DNA of 64,000 bases, taken from contig JACPDL010000003.1 in assembly GCA_016184005.1 (NCBI GenBank), positions 17,839-81,838 of the forward strand, given 5' to 3'. Shown piece after piece: positions 28,811-38,031 of this stretch (position 1 is its first letter; every line of letters starts with the position of its first letter). Both the position numbers and the translations under genes were made by a program. The notes under the pieces were generated by a model. The model saw nothing but the letters and a program-made list of their open reading frames with translations. It ran no database searches and had not been told where the DNA came from. The DNA comes from Candidatus Aenigmatarchaeota archaeon (GTDB lineage: Archaea > Aenigmatarchaeota > Aenigmatarchaeia > GW2011-AR5).

Positions 28811-29322
28811 TTCACCACTCTCCTGTAACCGAATTTTTCCAGATCATCTTTTATATCCCCGAATGACTTGCCGCAAAGCATGCCGCCGGCGATGAATTCT
28901 TCCTGCGTGACTTCAGCAAGGCAGAAATCCGGCATTTTGAATGCGTTCTTTTCTTCCTCTGAATCAAATTCGAAATCCACAAGGACAAGCCCGCTCAAGC
29001 TGCCCTGGAAAACATCTATCTCGGCCTTTTTTCCTTTGTGAGAATATTCATACCTTATTTTGCGGACTTTCTTGCCGTCCAGGGCCGCAAGCGCAGCAAA
29101 TTCTTCTTCTGTGAGAAATATATTCTGCTCTTCGAAAACAGACGTATCATTGTCTTTCAAAGGAACTTTCTTTGTTATAATGAATTTATCTCCATTCTTT
29201 CTAATCCGCATTTTCGGGTGCGCATCTGATTTTGGAATGTAAATGTCTATAATTTCTTTTGACTTGCAGCTGCCCAAATCCGGCAAATGTCTGACAAGAA
29301 ATGTCCTTTCGACTTCTTTCAT
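28807..29322 (-). CDS. CYTH-domain protein
   Basis: EVERTFL, RIR, K.R, EID.F, DFEF. Confidence 0.85.
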   Translation of the reverse strand: MKEVERTFLVRHLPDLGSCKSKEIIDIYIPKSDAHPKMRIRKNGDKFIITKKVPLKDNDTSVFEEQNIFLTEEEFAALAALDGKKVRKIRYEYSHKGKKAEIDVFQGSLSGLVLVDFEFDSEEEKNAFKMPDFCLAEVTQEEFIAGGMLCGKSFGDIKDDLEKFGYRRVVK

Positions 29323-29346
29323 AATTCGTGTTTGTGTGGAAAACTC

Positions 29347-29649
29347 TTAAAATGAATATCTGCCAAATAATGAATGTCTACCCGTTTTTTCTGCTGCTAT
29401 TGCCAAGGCTTGCTTGACTGTTGCATGTGCTTCGCTATTTCTTGCCTGTGGAGAAAAAGACATTTCTTGCCCATTCAAAGTTTCCCAGTGTGCAGCAGTG
29501 GCATAATTCGGATTTGCTGAAATTCTTTCTGCAAGGCTTGGCCCATGCCTTTTACCTGTCAGTGCTGAAGTTTTGTATCGCCGTGCTGCATATTGCACTG
29601 GTTCTGCAACTAAACCTTCATGCCCAAAATAAAAGGTGTCTCTGGCCAT
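29347..29649 (-). CDS. Hypothetical protein (ORFan)
   Basis: 100-aa ORF with a TATA-like sequence upstream. Confidence 0.55.
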   Translation of the reverse strand: MARDTFYFGHEGLVAEPVQYAARRYKTSALTGKRHGPSLAERISANPNYATAAHWETLNGQEMSFSPQARNSEAHATVKQALAIAAEKTGRHSLFGRYSF

Positions 29650-29800
29650 ACAAATCCTGGTTCTATTTCCGCATTGAATTATTTAAGCTATGGATAAACC
29701 CTGAAGAAAGACATCTGTAATTGTTTTGTAATTGGATTGTAAATAAGAAAAATAAAATAAGAATGTCAAATTTACTCTTGGTTTTCTCTGGTTTCAAAGT

Positions 29801-30208
29801 TTACTCTTTGTCTTCGTCTGAAGATTCTGATTCCGATTCCCAAGAAGACTCTTCCTTCTCTTCCTTTTCTTCCTTCTCTTCTTTTTCTTCGGACGAGTCC
29901 TCGCTTTCTTCTTTCGACTCGGAGCTGCCGACCTTTTCACCAATGGCGAACTTGTTTGCAACTTCTTTTATTCTTATTCTGCACTCTTCGCCTTTCTTTG
30001 CGCCGTGGACAAAGATGATGAAATTCTCTATTTTTGTTATTCCATCGCCTTTTGCACCGACATCGGTGATCTTTACGTCGTACTCTTCGCCTAACTTTAC
30101 TGGCTTAGGTTTGTCAAAACTGTCTCTTCTTCCAAAACCTCCGCCTCCGCCGCCTCCGCGGCCGAAACCTCCAGATCCGCCACCATTTCTATCTCTTCTT
30201 CCGTACAT
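29801..30208 (-). CDS. TRAM-domain RNA-binding protein with RGG N-terminus and acidic tail
   Basis: PVKLGEEYDVKI...GDGI.KI..F.IFV; AGGAG SD. Confidence 0.9.
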   Translation of the reverse strand: MYGRRDRNGGGSGGFGRGGGGGGGFGRRDSFDKPKPVKLGEEYDVKITDVGAKGDGITKIENFIIFVHGAKKGEECRIRIKEVANKFAIGEKVGSSESKEESEDSSEEKEEKEEKEEKEESSWESESESSDEDKE

Positions 30209-30354
30209 TTACACGCACTCCTTTATTCATTTTTAGCTGTTTTCCAGCTTCGGCTAGTAAGCAGTTGAATGAAGACCTAGCAGAACTAGACCCATCTACC
30301 GCCCTAACCTATCTTTATTACCGTACATCAAATATTTAAATAGTTCATAGTAGC

Positions 30355-31068
30355 TCATTCAAGCACAAATTCCACACGGCGGTTTTCCTTGCCCTTGTTT
30401 TCAGCTTTTGTGATTACTATCTTGCCAATTTCTTTCGTGTTCTTCACATGCGTGCCGCCGCATGCTTGCGCATCGAAGCCAGTAATATCCACTACGCGCA
30501 CCTCATGCATTGCATCTGGCAGCGGTTTATGCTGCAGCCTTACTAAATTCTCGATCTTGTTTGCTTCTTCACGCGGCATTATGAGCCATTTCACATCCAT
30601 GCCTTTCTTTACTGCCTCATTTGCCTTTTCCTCGTAGCTGTTTATTTTCTCCTTGTCGAAGTCCTTTAAAGAAAAGTCTATTCTTGCACGATCTATGTAT
30701 ATTTGCTTGCCAGTCACCATCGCATCAGTCTCGTTGAAGATGACACGTGAAAGTATGTGGCATGCTGTGTGATAGCGCATCAACGTATAGCGCCTTGACC
30801 AGTCTACAGAACAAGACACGATATTCCCGACCGAAAGACCGGCCTTGTCAACCTTGTGCACCACCCTGTGTCCTTCTTTTTTTGATGATAAAACAGCATA
30901 TCCCTTGTCGTTGCAGACCATCCTGCCTTCGTCTGCCGGCTGCCCTCCGCTTTCAGGATAGAACGCTGTCCTGTCCAGAGCGATTTCCGTGCCGTCTGCA
31001 GACACTTCAGTGACTTCCGCCTGCCAGTCATTCAGGTAGCAATCCAGGTACCAAAGCATTTGTGTCAT
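30355..31068 (-). CDS. alaX: AlaX aminoacyl-tRNA editing protein
   Basis: FYPESGGQPAD, HTACH, CGGTH. Confidence 0.93.
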   Translation of the reverse strand: MTQMLWYLDCYLNDWQAEVTEVSADGTEIALDRTAFYPESGGQPADEGRMVCNDKGYAVLSSKKEGHRVVHKVDKAGLSVGNIVSCSVDWSRRYTLMRYHTACHILSRVIFNETDAMVTGKQIYIDRARIDFSLKDFDKEKINSYEEKANEAVKKGMDVKWLIMPREEANKIENLVRLQHKPLPDAMHEVRVVDITGFDAQACGGTHVKNTKEIGKIVITKAENKGKENRRVEFVLE

Positions 31069-31148
31069 AGAAATCAAATCTAATTGAATGAATTTAAGCT
31101 AAAGAATCGCCGGCAATATTTTTAACCTTTATTATTAGATTGTACAAA

Positions 31149-31793
31149 ATGCCTCAAGACAAAGAAACAGATCCAGATCTAGCAGATGATATGCTCTTCG
31201 GGCCACTAAGTGATTTTCTTCGCCTTGAAAGATCCAGCTTTGATGATGTTGTATGGGCAGCATCAAATGGAAGTCCGTCGCAAAAAAGTGAAATAAAAAA
31301 GAAAAAAGATTTTTTCCAATATAAAGGCTTCGTTCTTGAAGCTTATGCCAAAAGAAAATTAAGAGAGTTCTCAAGAACCTGTGGATGTATTTTTGTACCA
31401 GCTGAGATTAAGGAAGGAAAGCTATCAGAAAGCGTCTTTTTCTCTATGGATGAATATGGGAATACATATTTCTATCAAGATGGAGGGGCAATTGCAGAGA
31501 TAGACGATATTTATGAGCTTAATGGTTCTTTGTCATGCCCTGTAATATTTGAGATAAGTTTTGCAATAATGCCACCTAAACCTTCAAGATCGTCTTTCAA
31601 AAGAGGCCTTGTAAAAGAAATCTACAAACAGCCTCCGTATTGTTGCAAAATAAGGCCGGCAAAAGTTGGAGAGGATGTCGGTTTAAGCAGGGGAGCATCT
31701 GATTATTACAGAAGAATACTGATTCCATCCTCCCCTGTATTCGTGGCTGTTTCTAGATACCTGTGGAAACAAGATGGCAATAATCCTATTTGA
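31149..31793 (+). CDS. Hypothetical protein, possibly a degenerate PD-(D/E)xK fold
   Basis: E...EIDD...VIFEIS pattern; AT-rich. Confidence 0.55.
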   Translation: MPQDKETDPDLADDMLFGPLSDFLRLERSSFDDVVWAASNGSPSQKSEIKKKKDFFQYKGFVLEAYAKRKLREFSRTCGCIFVPAEIKEGKLSESVFFSMDEYGNTYFYQDGGAIAEIDDIYELNGSLSCPVIFEISFAIMPPKPSRSSFKRGLVKEIYKQPPYCCKIRPAKVGEDVGLSRGASDYYRRILIPSSPVFVAVSRYLWKQDGNNPI

Positions 31794-32418
31794 AAACCTC
31801 TCCAGTCTCTTCTGACCAGAATAGAAGATCCAGTTCTGGAAAAGGTATGTTTATTCTGTCAGCGAATTCCTTCATCTTTTCTTCTATCTCCAAATATTTC
31901 TTGGGCGTCAGTGATTTAGGCAACGATTCTATTGCTCCGTGCTTCACTAAGTTCTTGAGAATATGCCTGTCAAGTATCGCTATATCTTCCCAATAACCGA
32001 TATTGCGCAGGAAATGTGAGGCTTCCTTGTAGCCGAAGCCTTTGATGTTCTTTACCAGCCATTCGCGCGCTTGCTTGGCATCGGAGAATTCATTCAGGTG
32101 CTTAGTTACATTTGAGCCGTTTAGAAATTTCCTGTTGTAGACAATATGCCTTGCTTTCGTGTGATGAAAACGTGCATATGCCTTGATGATCTTCTTTATC
32201 TGATTGACCTTACCAGAAAAAAGCACGTCGTGTGTTTGAAGCTTTTCTATAGCAACCCAGCATCTGCGGCCATTCGATTGTGGGGTAAGCAAACAAAACG
32301 CAAGCTCGGCGAAAATTACATTGCCGTCTTTGTTGCGCACGTCTTTGAATTCTTTGAGCCTCTGTTTAATGACATTTTTCCTTTCCTTATATTGCTGGCG
32401 AAGATAAGAAACATCCAT
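31786..32418 (-). CDS. ogg: 8-oxoguanine DNA glycosylase/AP lyase
   Basis: EL.FCLLTPQ, GFGYKEASHFLRNIG, AILDRHIL. Confidence 0.93.
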   Translation of the reverse strand: MDVSYLRQQYKERKNVIKQRLKEFKDVRNKDGNVIFAELAFCLLTPQSNGRRCWVAIEKLQTHDVLFSGKVNQIKKIIKAYARFHHTKARHIVYNRKFLNGSNVTKHLNEFSDAKQAREWLVKNIKGFGYKEASHFLRNIGYWEDIAILDRHILKNLVKHGAIESLPKSLTPKKYLEIEEKMKEFADRINIPFPELDLLFWSEETGEVFK

Positions 32419-32469
32419 ATATTTGCATTTGCTGCAAAAGGATTTATTCCTAAAACACCAACAATCATC

Positions 32470-32766
32470 ATGAAACTTGTCAGGGATAAGATACCAGAAA
32501 TCATGAAAGAGAAAGGAAAACATCCAACCATTCACGTGGCGGAAGATGGTGAATATTGGCAGATGCTCAAGGAAAAACTAAAAGAAGAAGCAGAAGAATT
32601 CTGGGGAAATGAAAACGTTGAGGAGCTTGCTGATATCTTAGAAGTGATTCACGCTATTTGCGAGTTTAATGGTACAGAAATGCAGAAAATCGAAGAAATG
32701 AGGAAGAAAAAAACTCAGAAAAGGGGGAGTTTCAAAAAAAGAATAATTCTTGATGAGACGAAGTAA
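32470..32766 (+). CDS. MazG-like NTP pyrophosphohydrolase (PRA-PH-like)
   Basis: KLVRDKIP, KL.EE..E, EELADILEV, KRG.F. Confidence 0.9.
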   Translation: MKLVRDKIPEIMKEKGKHPTIHVAEDGEYWQMLKEKLKEEAEEFWGNENVEELADILEVIHAICEFNGTEMQKIEEMRKKKTQKRGSFKKRIILDETK

Positions 32767-32767
32767 A

Positions 32768-33910
32768 TCATTTCAAGAATTTTTCTATGCGATTCATTGC
32801 ATGTTCTATCAGCCTGTAATCGGTGGCGAAAGAACAACGGATATAGCCTTCGCCGTTCTTGCCAAATTCACTGCCCGGCACGACGGCGACTTTGGCTTTT
32901 TTCAGCAGCGTATTGGCGAAGCGGAAGCTGTCTTTCGAGAAATTCCCGATGTTTGCGAATGCGTAGAAAGCGCCTTCAGGTTTCACTGTGTGCATGCCCA
33001 ATTCATTAAGCCTTTTCACAATCAGATCGCGCCTTCTTCTGTATTCCTTTACCATAGCCTGCGTATATTTGCTGCTCATTTGGAGCGCTTTGGCGCCCAC
33101 CATCTGTGATATTGTAGGCGCGCATATGGTGCTGTACATGTGGATCTTCGTCATTGCCTGCACGATGTCTTTTGGCGCAATGCAGTAGCCTAAGCGATAC
33201 CCGCACATAGCATAACTCTTCGAGAATGTCTGCAGGGTTATTGCATAGTCTTCCATCCCGTTCAGGCTTGCTAGGGATATGTGCTTCTTTCCATAGATTA
33301 TCTTTTCGTAAGCCTCGTCGCTGAAAACATAGATATCGTATTCTACTGCAATATCCGCTATCTCTTCAAGCGTCTTCTTGCTCAGCACGTTTCCTGTCGG
33401 GTTTGCCGGCGAATTTATTATGAGTGCATGCGATTTCTTCCTGTCCGCTGCTTTCCTTATGTCATCGGGATCTATTTCCCATTTGTTCTTCTCGTGAAGC
33501 GTGAAAGGCACAGGAACGGCGTCAGTCAGCTCCACGCTTGGCGTGTAGCCAAGAAAACCCGGGTCTGGAATAAGCACCTGCTCATTGACATCAACCGTGC
33601 ATTGCAGAGCAAGCATCAAAGCTTCCTGGCTGCCTGCTGCAACAACTATATTCTCCGGGCCGCAACGAATTTTATTTTCCTTTCCCAGCTTCTTTACAAT
33701 CGCTTCCTTCAGTTCTTTCCTGCCGCCAGGCGGTGAATAATGGTTGAACTGCGCGAATTTTTTGGTCCATGCGACTATTGGCTTAGGCGCAGGAAAGTCC
33801 GGTTCGCCGGGACCCAGAGAAATGACATCCTTTCTCTGCACAGCTATCTCAAGCATCCTGCCGATGAGCGCCTCGGGCAGTTCGCGCTCGCGCTCTGAAA
33901 CGTGCCTCAT
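32768..33910 (-). CDS. PLP-dependent aminotransferase class I/II
   Basis: GEPDF, NSPANPTG, SDEAY, FSKSYAM.G.RLG. Confidence 0.94.
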   Translation of the reverse strand: MRHVSERERELPEALIGRMLEIAVQRKDVISLGPGEPDFPAPKPIVAWTKKFAQFNHYSPPGGRKELKEAIVKKLGKENKIRCGPENIVVAAGSQEALMLALQCTVDVNEQVLIPDPGFLGYTPSVELTDAVPVPFTLHEKNKWEIDPDDIRKAADRKKSHALIINSPANPTGNVLSKKTLEEIADIAVEYDIYVFSDEAYEKIIYGKKHISLASLNGMEDYAITLQTFSKSYAMCGYRLGYCIAPKDIVQAMTKIHMYSTICAPTISQMVGAKALQMSSKYTQAMVKEYRRRRDLIVKRLNELGMHTVKPEGAFYAFANIGNFSKDSFRFANTLLKKAKVAVVPGSEFGKNGEGYIRCSFATDYRLIEHAMNRIEKFLK

Positions 33911-33979
33911 AACAAATCCCTTTTCTTTAGGAAAGAAAAGGTCTTTGTAAACCCCAAAAGAAATTCAAGACCTTCTCTA
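33908..33979 (-). repeat. Repeat family E copy 1: hairpin leader ending at the aminotransferase ATG
   Basis: Homologous to 48077-48149. Confidence 0.85.
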
Positions 33980-34015
33980 AGGAATTAATTATCACGGTAG
34001 AATAAAAAGAACTAG

Positions 34016-34981
34016 TTAAGATATCTTTCTACGTTTTCCTTTTTCCAGCGCATCAAGTCGTTTCTGCATATCAGTTAATGTTTGCTCGGTACTGTATTGT
34101 CTTGTTTCTATCGTTTCGACCGCTTGCTTTAATACAGTCTGTCGGCCTGTCTCTTCAGCAATTTGTCTGCGCATATTAGCTAACATCTCAGCCTCTTCCG
34201 CCTGTCTACTTCTCCTTCGAGCATCATATTCGGATCCTGCGAGCACTCCTGCCACTCCGACTGCTCCAAAGACTCCAAACAGAAGTGCATTATAAAGCCT
34301 GTCACGAGCATCCCCCAGTGGTTCGACAATTAATCTTAATGCGCGCTGGTTTTCTTCAGAGGAGAAATAAGCTTCAATTTTGTCAAGTTCTGCATAGAGT
34401 TGCCCGTTCAATTGCGTTTGATTTAAGTCGAGAGAACCATCAAAGTGCCGGAAAACAAATTCCTCGTTGCTTTCTCCTTTTGCTCTGTGCAATGTAGCCC
34501 TGTCCTTATTTGCAACCATTTTATTCATTTCGCGGAAAAGGGCGTTTCTTATTTCATGATAAGAAGCAAACTCTCCTTTTTCACCCCGTTTGGTGCCATC
34601 ACTGAACAAGTAATTGTATACTCGCCATAATTCATCTTCTAATGCGTGTTTGGGATGTAAACTATCAAAATATGTCGCCCCTAGTAATTTAGGGCGCATA
34701 TCTTCTGTTCTATGCTCGATAAACCTTCTTGGGTCAGTCTCTGCAGCCACGTAAATTAATTCCTTGGCGTTCCACACGCCGTCTTCGCTGTATTTTGCCA
34801 GATTTCCTTTTATGTCCTGTGCAATCTCTGCCTTGGCAGCCATGTCGCGCGCTGCGATGTCGCCCCAGTTTCTTACTATAGGTACTGGATGGAAATAACC
34901 TCCTAATGCTGCAGCCCCTGCCACCGCAGTGACTGCTGCCGCCTTTCTGAGTTTCTGATAAAATTTTTCCACGCCTTTCAC
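34016..34981 (-). CDS. Hypothetical membrane protein with C-terminal coiled coil
   Basis: 321 aa; N-terminal signal-like helix, one TM, coiled-coil tail. Confidence 0.65.
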   Translation of the reverse strand: MKGVEKFYQKLRKAAAVTAVAGAAALGGYFHPVPIVRNWGDIAARDMAAKAEIAQDIKGNLAKYSEDGVWNAKELIYVAAETDPRRFIEHRTEDMRPKLLGATYFDSLHPKHALEDELWRVYNYLFSDGTKRGEKGEFASYHEIRNALFREMNKMVANKDRATLHRAKGESNEEFVFRHFDGSLDLNQTQLNGQLYAELDKIEAYFSSEENQRALRLIVEPLGDARDRLYNALLFGVFGAVGVAGVLAGSEYDARRRSRQAEEAEMLANMRRQIAEETGRQTVLKQAVETIETRQYSTEQTLTDMQKRLDALEKGKRRKIS

Positions 34982-35065
34982 CCAGTTATCTTATGCTTGC
35001 AATACCTAAGCAGAAAATCTATTAAAAACAGCACAATGAATCTTGTGTAATTGATTCGTGATTGT

Positions 35066-35590
35066 TCACAGCCATTTCTCGTCTTCAACGCCCTTCCTCT
35101 TGTTCGCTGCGCGCGCCAGAACAAAGAATAAGTCAGAAAGGCGGTTGATATAGACAAAAACATAGTTATTGAGCTCCTCATGCGCCTTCAGCGCCACTAT
35201 GGACCGCTCAGCGCGCCTGCAAATTGTTCTGCAGATGTGCAATACAGCGGCTTCTCTTGATCCTCCGGGAAGGATGAACCTGTTAAGCGGTTCCAGTTCG
35301 CTTTCAAGCCTAGAAATATAATCTTCAAGCCTTTTCACATCGTCGTGGATTATCCTTTGGCGCTTTTCAGCGATATCAAGAGGCGTTGCGACATCGGCGC
35401 CGGCAACAAAAAGGTCCCGCTGCACTTCTTTCAGTATCTGTCTTATTTCACCGCCATCGAAGCCTGAAACAGCCAGGCCGACGAATGAATTCAATTCGTC
35501 CAGTGTGCCTATAACGCCGATGCGCACAGAGTCTTTCCGCGTTCGCCTGCCGTAAAGGCTTGTCTCTTCCTTGTCCTGGAAAATTTTCAT
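35066..35590 (-). CDS. pduO: PduO-type cob(I)alamin adenosyltransferase
   Basis: G.LDELNS, FILPGG, RT.CRRAER, YINRLSDLFF. Confidence 0.9.
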   Translation of the reverse strand: MKIFQDKEETSLYGRRTRKDSVRIGVIGTLDELNSFVGLAVSGFDGGEIRQILKEVQRDLFVAGADVATPLDIAEKRQRIIHDDVKRLEDYISRLESELEPLNRFILPGGSREAAVLHICRTICRRAERSIVALKAHEELNNYVFVYINRLSDLFFVLARAANKRKGVEDEKWL

Positions 35591-35619
35591 GATTGCTATA
35601 CACACAGAAAGCATAAAAG

Positions 35620-35853
35620 ATGAAAAAAGAAGATAGAATAGTGTTGGATTATAGATTAACAGTTTTTGATCAGGACGGTATAGATGTTTACACTTTACAA
35701 TTTTCAGAGGCAGAATTTCAAACCCGCATTGGACATGGAGAATTCGTTCCAGTTAACGGCGACACATACAGATGGGGATTTTTATGCTGCAAACTGAAAG
35801 ACTATAAACCATATCAGTTTGAATCAATTAACTCTAAAGCCATCCAATGTTAA
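35620..35853 (+). CDS. Hypothetical protein (ORFan)
   Basis: 77-aa ORF. Confidence 0.5.
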   Translation: MKKEDRIVLDYRLTVFDQDGIDVYTLQFSEAEFQTRIGHGEFVPVNGDTYRWGFLCCKLKDYKPYQFESINSKAIQC

Positions 35854-35880
35854 TGGTTTAAACATGTATTGTGGTGCATT

Positions 35881-37041
35881 ATGTCTTTCCGCGAAATACT
35901 TTCTATGCCGGGCATGAAGCCTGTATTGTTCAGTTTATTCATTGCGAGTTTGGGTTTCGGCATTATCCTGCCCATACTGCCTTTCTATGCGCTCTCTCTG
36001 GGCGCAGAGCCATTCCAGCTCGGTATGCTTACAGCCACCTTCGCATTGATGAGCTTAATCTTTGCACCTTTTCTAGGCAGATTGGCTGAAAAGAAAGGAA
36101 GAAAAAATGTTATTCTTGTCTGCATGGCAGGCTATGCACTTTCTTATCTGCTGTTCACATTTACAAATTCGCTTGCGATGGCTTTTGTTGCGCGCGGCTT
36201 GCAGGGATTCTTTACAGCAGGCATCATGACAGCATGCGTCTCTCTTATCACAGATATGAGCAGCGAAAGCCAGAGGGGCAAAGCAATGGGGCTTTTTGGC
36301 ATGACGTTTTCCCTTGGATTCATAATGGGTCCTGCTATCGGAGGATTCGCAGCTGCCATTTCAGTCCAAACAGCTTTCCTGCTTGCTGCCGTGCTCTCAA
36401 TTGTTGGCATTGCCTATGTTCACAGCCGGTTAAGAGAACCGCCAATGAAAGACGCCGATATAGTCCAGAAAGAGGTGTCCATGCTTACACACATCTCATC
36501 CCCTCTTCTTTTGATTTTCATGTCGGTTTTCATGGTAACTTTCATGATAGGCGGGATGGAAGCGACATTGGCGTTATACACATCTGAGAAATTGAGCTTC
36601 ACTTCAGCCGAAGTGGGCTTGATTTTCACTTTCATAGGATCAGTAGTCATGATCGTCCAATACCTTGGCGGAAGCCTTGTAAACAAAGTAGGCGAAATAA
36701 GGCTTATCCAACTGGGTCTGGCTCTTTCAGGCCTTGGTTTCTTCCTGCTCGTTTTTGCAAGCAACTGGGTTTCCCTGCTCGTGCCCGTTGCAATATTCGT
36801 AACGGGCAACGCAATAGTCTTCCCTTCAGCAAACTCATTGCTGTCAAAGAAAGCAACGGGCGACAGGGGCGCCGTGCTCGGGCTTGCCACTTCTTTTAGG
36901 TCTTTAGGCCAGTTCGTCGGACCCTTGCTGGCTGGATTCCTGTACGGGATAAATCACAGCTATGCATTCCTGGGGCTTGCAGTAGTTATATTGGTGTATT
37001 TTGCGGTCTTCTCAATTATATCCATGAAGAAGCTGAAGTGA
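35881..37041 (+). CDS. MFS transporter (TetA/DHA1-like)
   Basis: G.LAEKKGRK, GFIMGPAIGG, ~12 TM. Confidence 0.92.
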   Translation: MSFREILSMPGMKPVLFSLFIASLGFGIILPILPFYALSLGAEPFQLGMLTATFALMSLIFAPFLGRLAEKKGRKNVILVCMAGYALSYLLFTFTNSLAMAFVARGLQGFFTAGIMTACVSLITDMSSESQRGKAMGLFGMTFSLGFIMGPAIGGFAAAISVQTAFLLAAVLSIVGIAYVHSRLREPPMKDADIVQKEVSMLTHISSPLLLIFMSVFMVTFMIGGMEATLALYTSEKLSFTSAEVGLIFTFIGSVVMIVQYLGGSLVNKVGEIRLIQLGLALSGLGFFLLVFASNWVSLLVPVAIFVTGNAIVFPSANSLLSKKATGDRGAVLGLATSFRSLGQFVGPLLAGFLYGINHSYAFLGLAVVILVYFAVFSIISMKKLK

Positions 37042-37101
37042 TTTTTATTAGATTCTCAAAAAAAGTATTTGTATTTAACCTTGTCATTAATAACAAAAAC
37101 T

Positions 37102-37629
37102 ATGTCAGACGACATAGAAGCAAGATATCAAGAAGCTAAACGCTCTATTGAATCCTATGTTAGCGTGTTAAGACGAGATGCACATTTAATCCATGGCGAT
37201 TTATCTAGAAGATACGACAGGAATCCTTTTCTTGGAACAGAATTGGAATTTATTCCTCAAGCCTATCGTGAAGACAGAGCTGCTGCTGATTTTATCAGAC
37301 TTCATGGTTCGGATGAAATAACAGGTTGGGAAACAGCAAGTCTTCTCGCCACAGAAGTTGGAGTTCTCCAGTATGCAGAAGATCCGCAAGGCAAATGGTT
37401 TCATGTTAGTCGCAACGTGCCGGAAAGAATGTTAACTCATGAATTAACAATGAATTGCACGAATTTTCATGCTTTTAAGAATATTTTAAGATTTGGACCT
37501 GCATATTATGATCCTCACAAATTCATAGCAACTTATACTTTTCCTCCTGGTCGAGAGGATAATGCTTGGCAAACTTATTATGCTGCAGAAATGATGCCAG
37601 GTGTTTCTGTGAGCATGGAAACTAGATAA
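37102..37629 (+). CDS. Hypothetical protein (ORFan)
   Basis: 175-aa ORF, AT-rich. Confidence 0.6.
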   Translation: MSDDIEARYQEAKRSIESYVSVLRRDAHLIHGDLSRRYDRNPFLGTELEFIPQAYREDRAAADFIRLHGSDEITGWETASLLATEVGVLQYAEDPQGKWFHVSRNVPERMLTHELTMNCTNFHAFKNILRFGPAYYDPHKFIATYTFPPGREDNAWQTYYAAEMMPGVSVSMETR

Positions 37630-37641
37630 CTTAGTTAAGAA

Positions 37642-37953
37642 TCAATTCTGAGAGTAAGCTATGCCTCTTCCGCCTGTTTGCTCACTGACTAGAAATCTCA
37701 AGTGGGCTTTGCCTTCTTCTGTTTGTAACTCAGCATCAAATCGTACACCTGCAAAAGAGCCCAAGACATCATATTTCCATACTGTAGAAACAATGCCTTC
37801 GTAATCTCCACCTTTAACTTCCCTTTCGCCTTCTTTCCTAAGGTACATTCCTGTTGCATGATAGACTAGCTCTTCTCTGCTTTCTTCAGAAATTGCCGTA
37901 CTTGTAGATAGAAAAGTAACGCCCCATCTAAAACCACGATTATTAACAGACAT
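37642..37953 (-). CDS. Hypothetical protein (ORFan)
   Basis: 103-aa ORF with TTTAAA upstream. Confidence 0.6.
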   Translation of the reverse strand: MSVNNRGFRWGVTFLSTSTAISEESREELVYHATGMYLRKEGEREVKGGDYEGIVSTVWKYDVLGSFAGVRFDAELQTEEGKAHLRFLVSEQTGGRGIAYSQN

Positions 37954-38031
37954 TTTTCTATCGTTGACAGTTATTTATTTAAACTTATCAGTAGTGACAT
38001 GATTTCTAAAGAAACAAAAAAGTCTGCGCAT

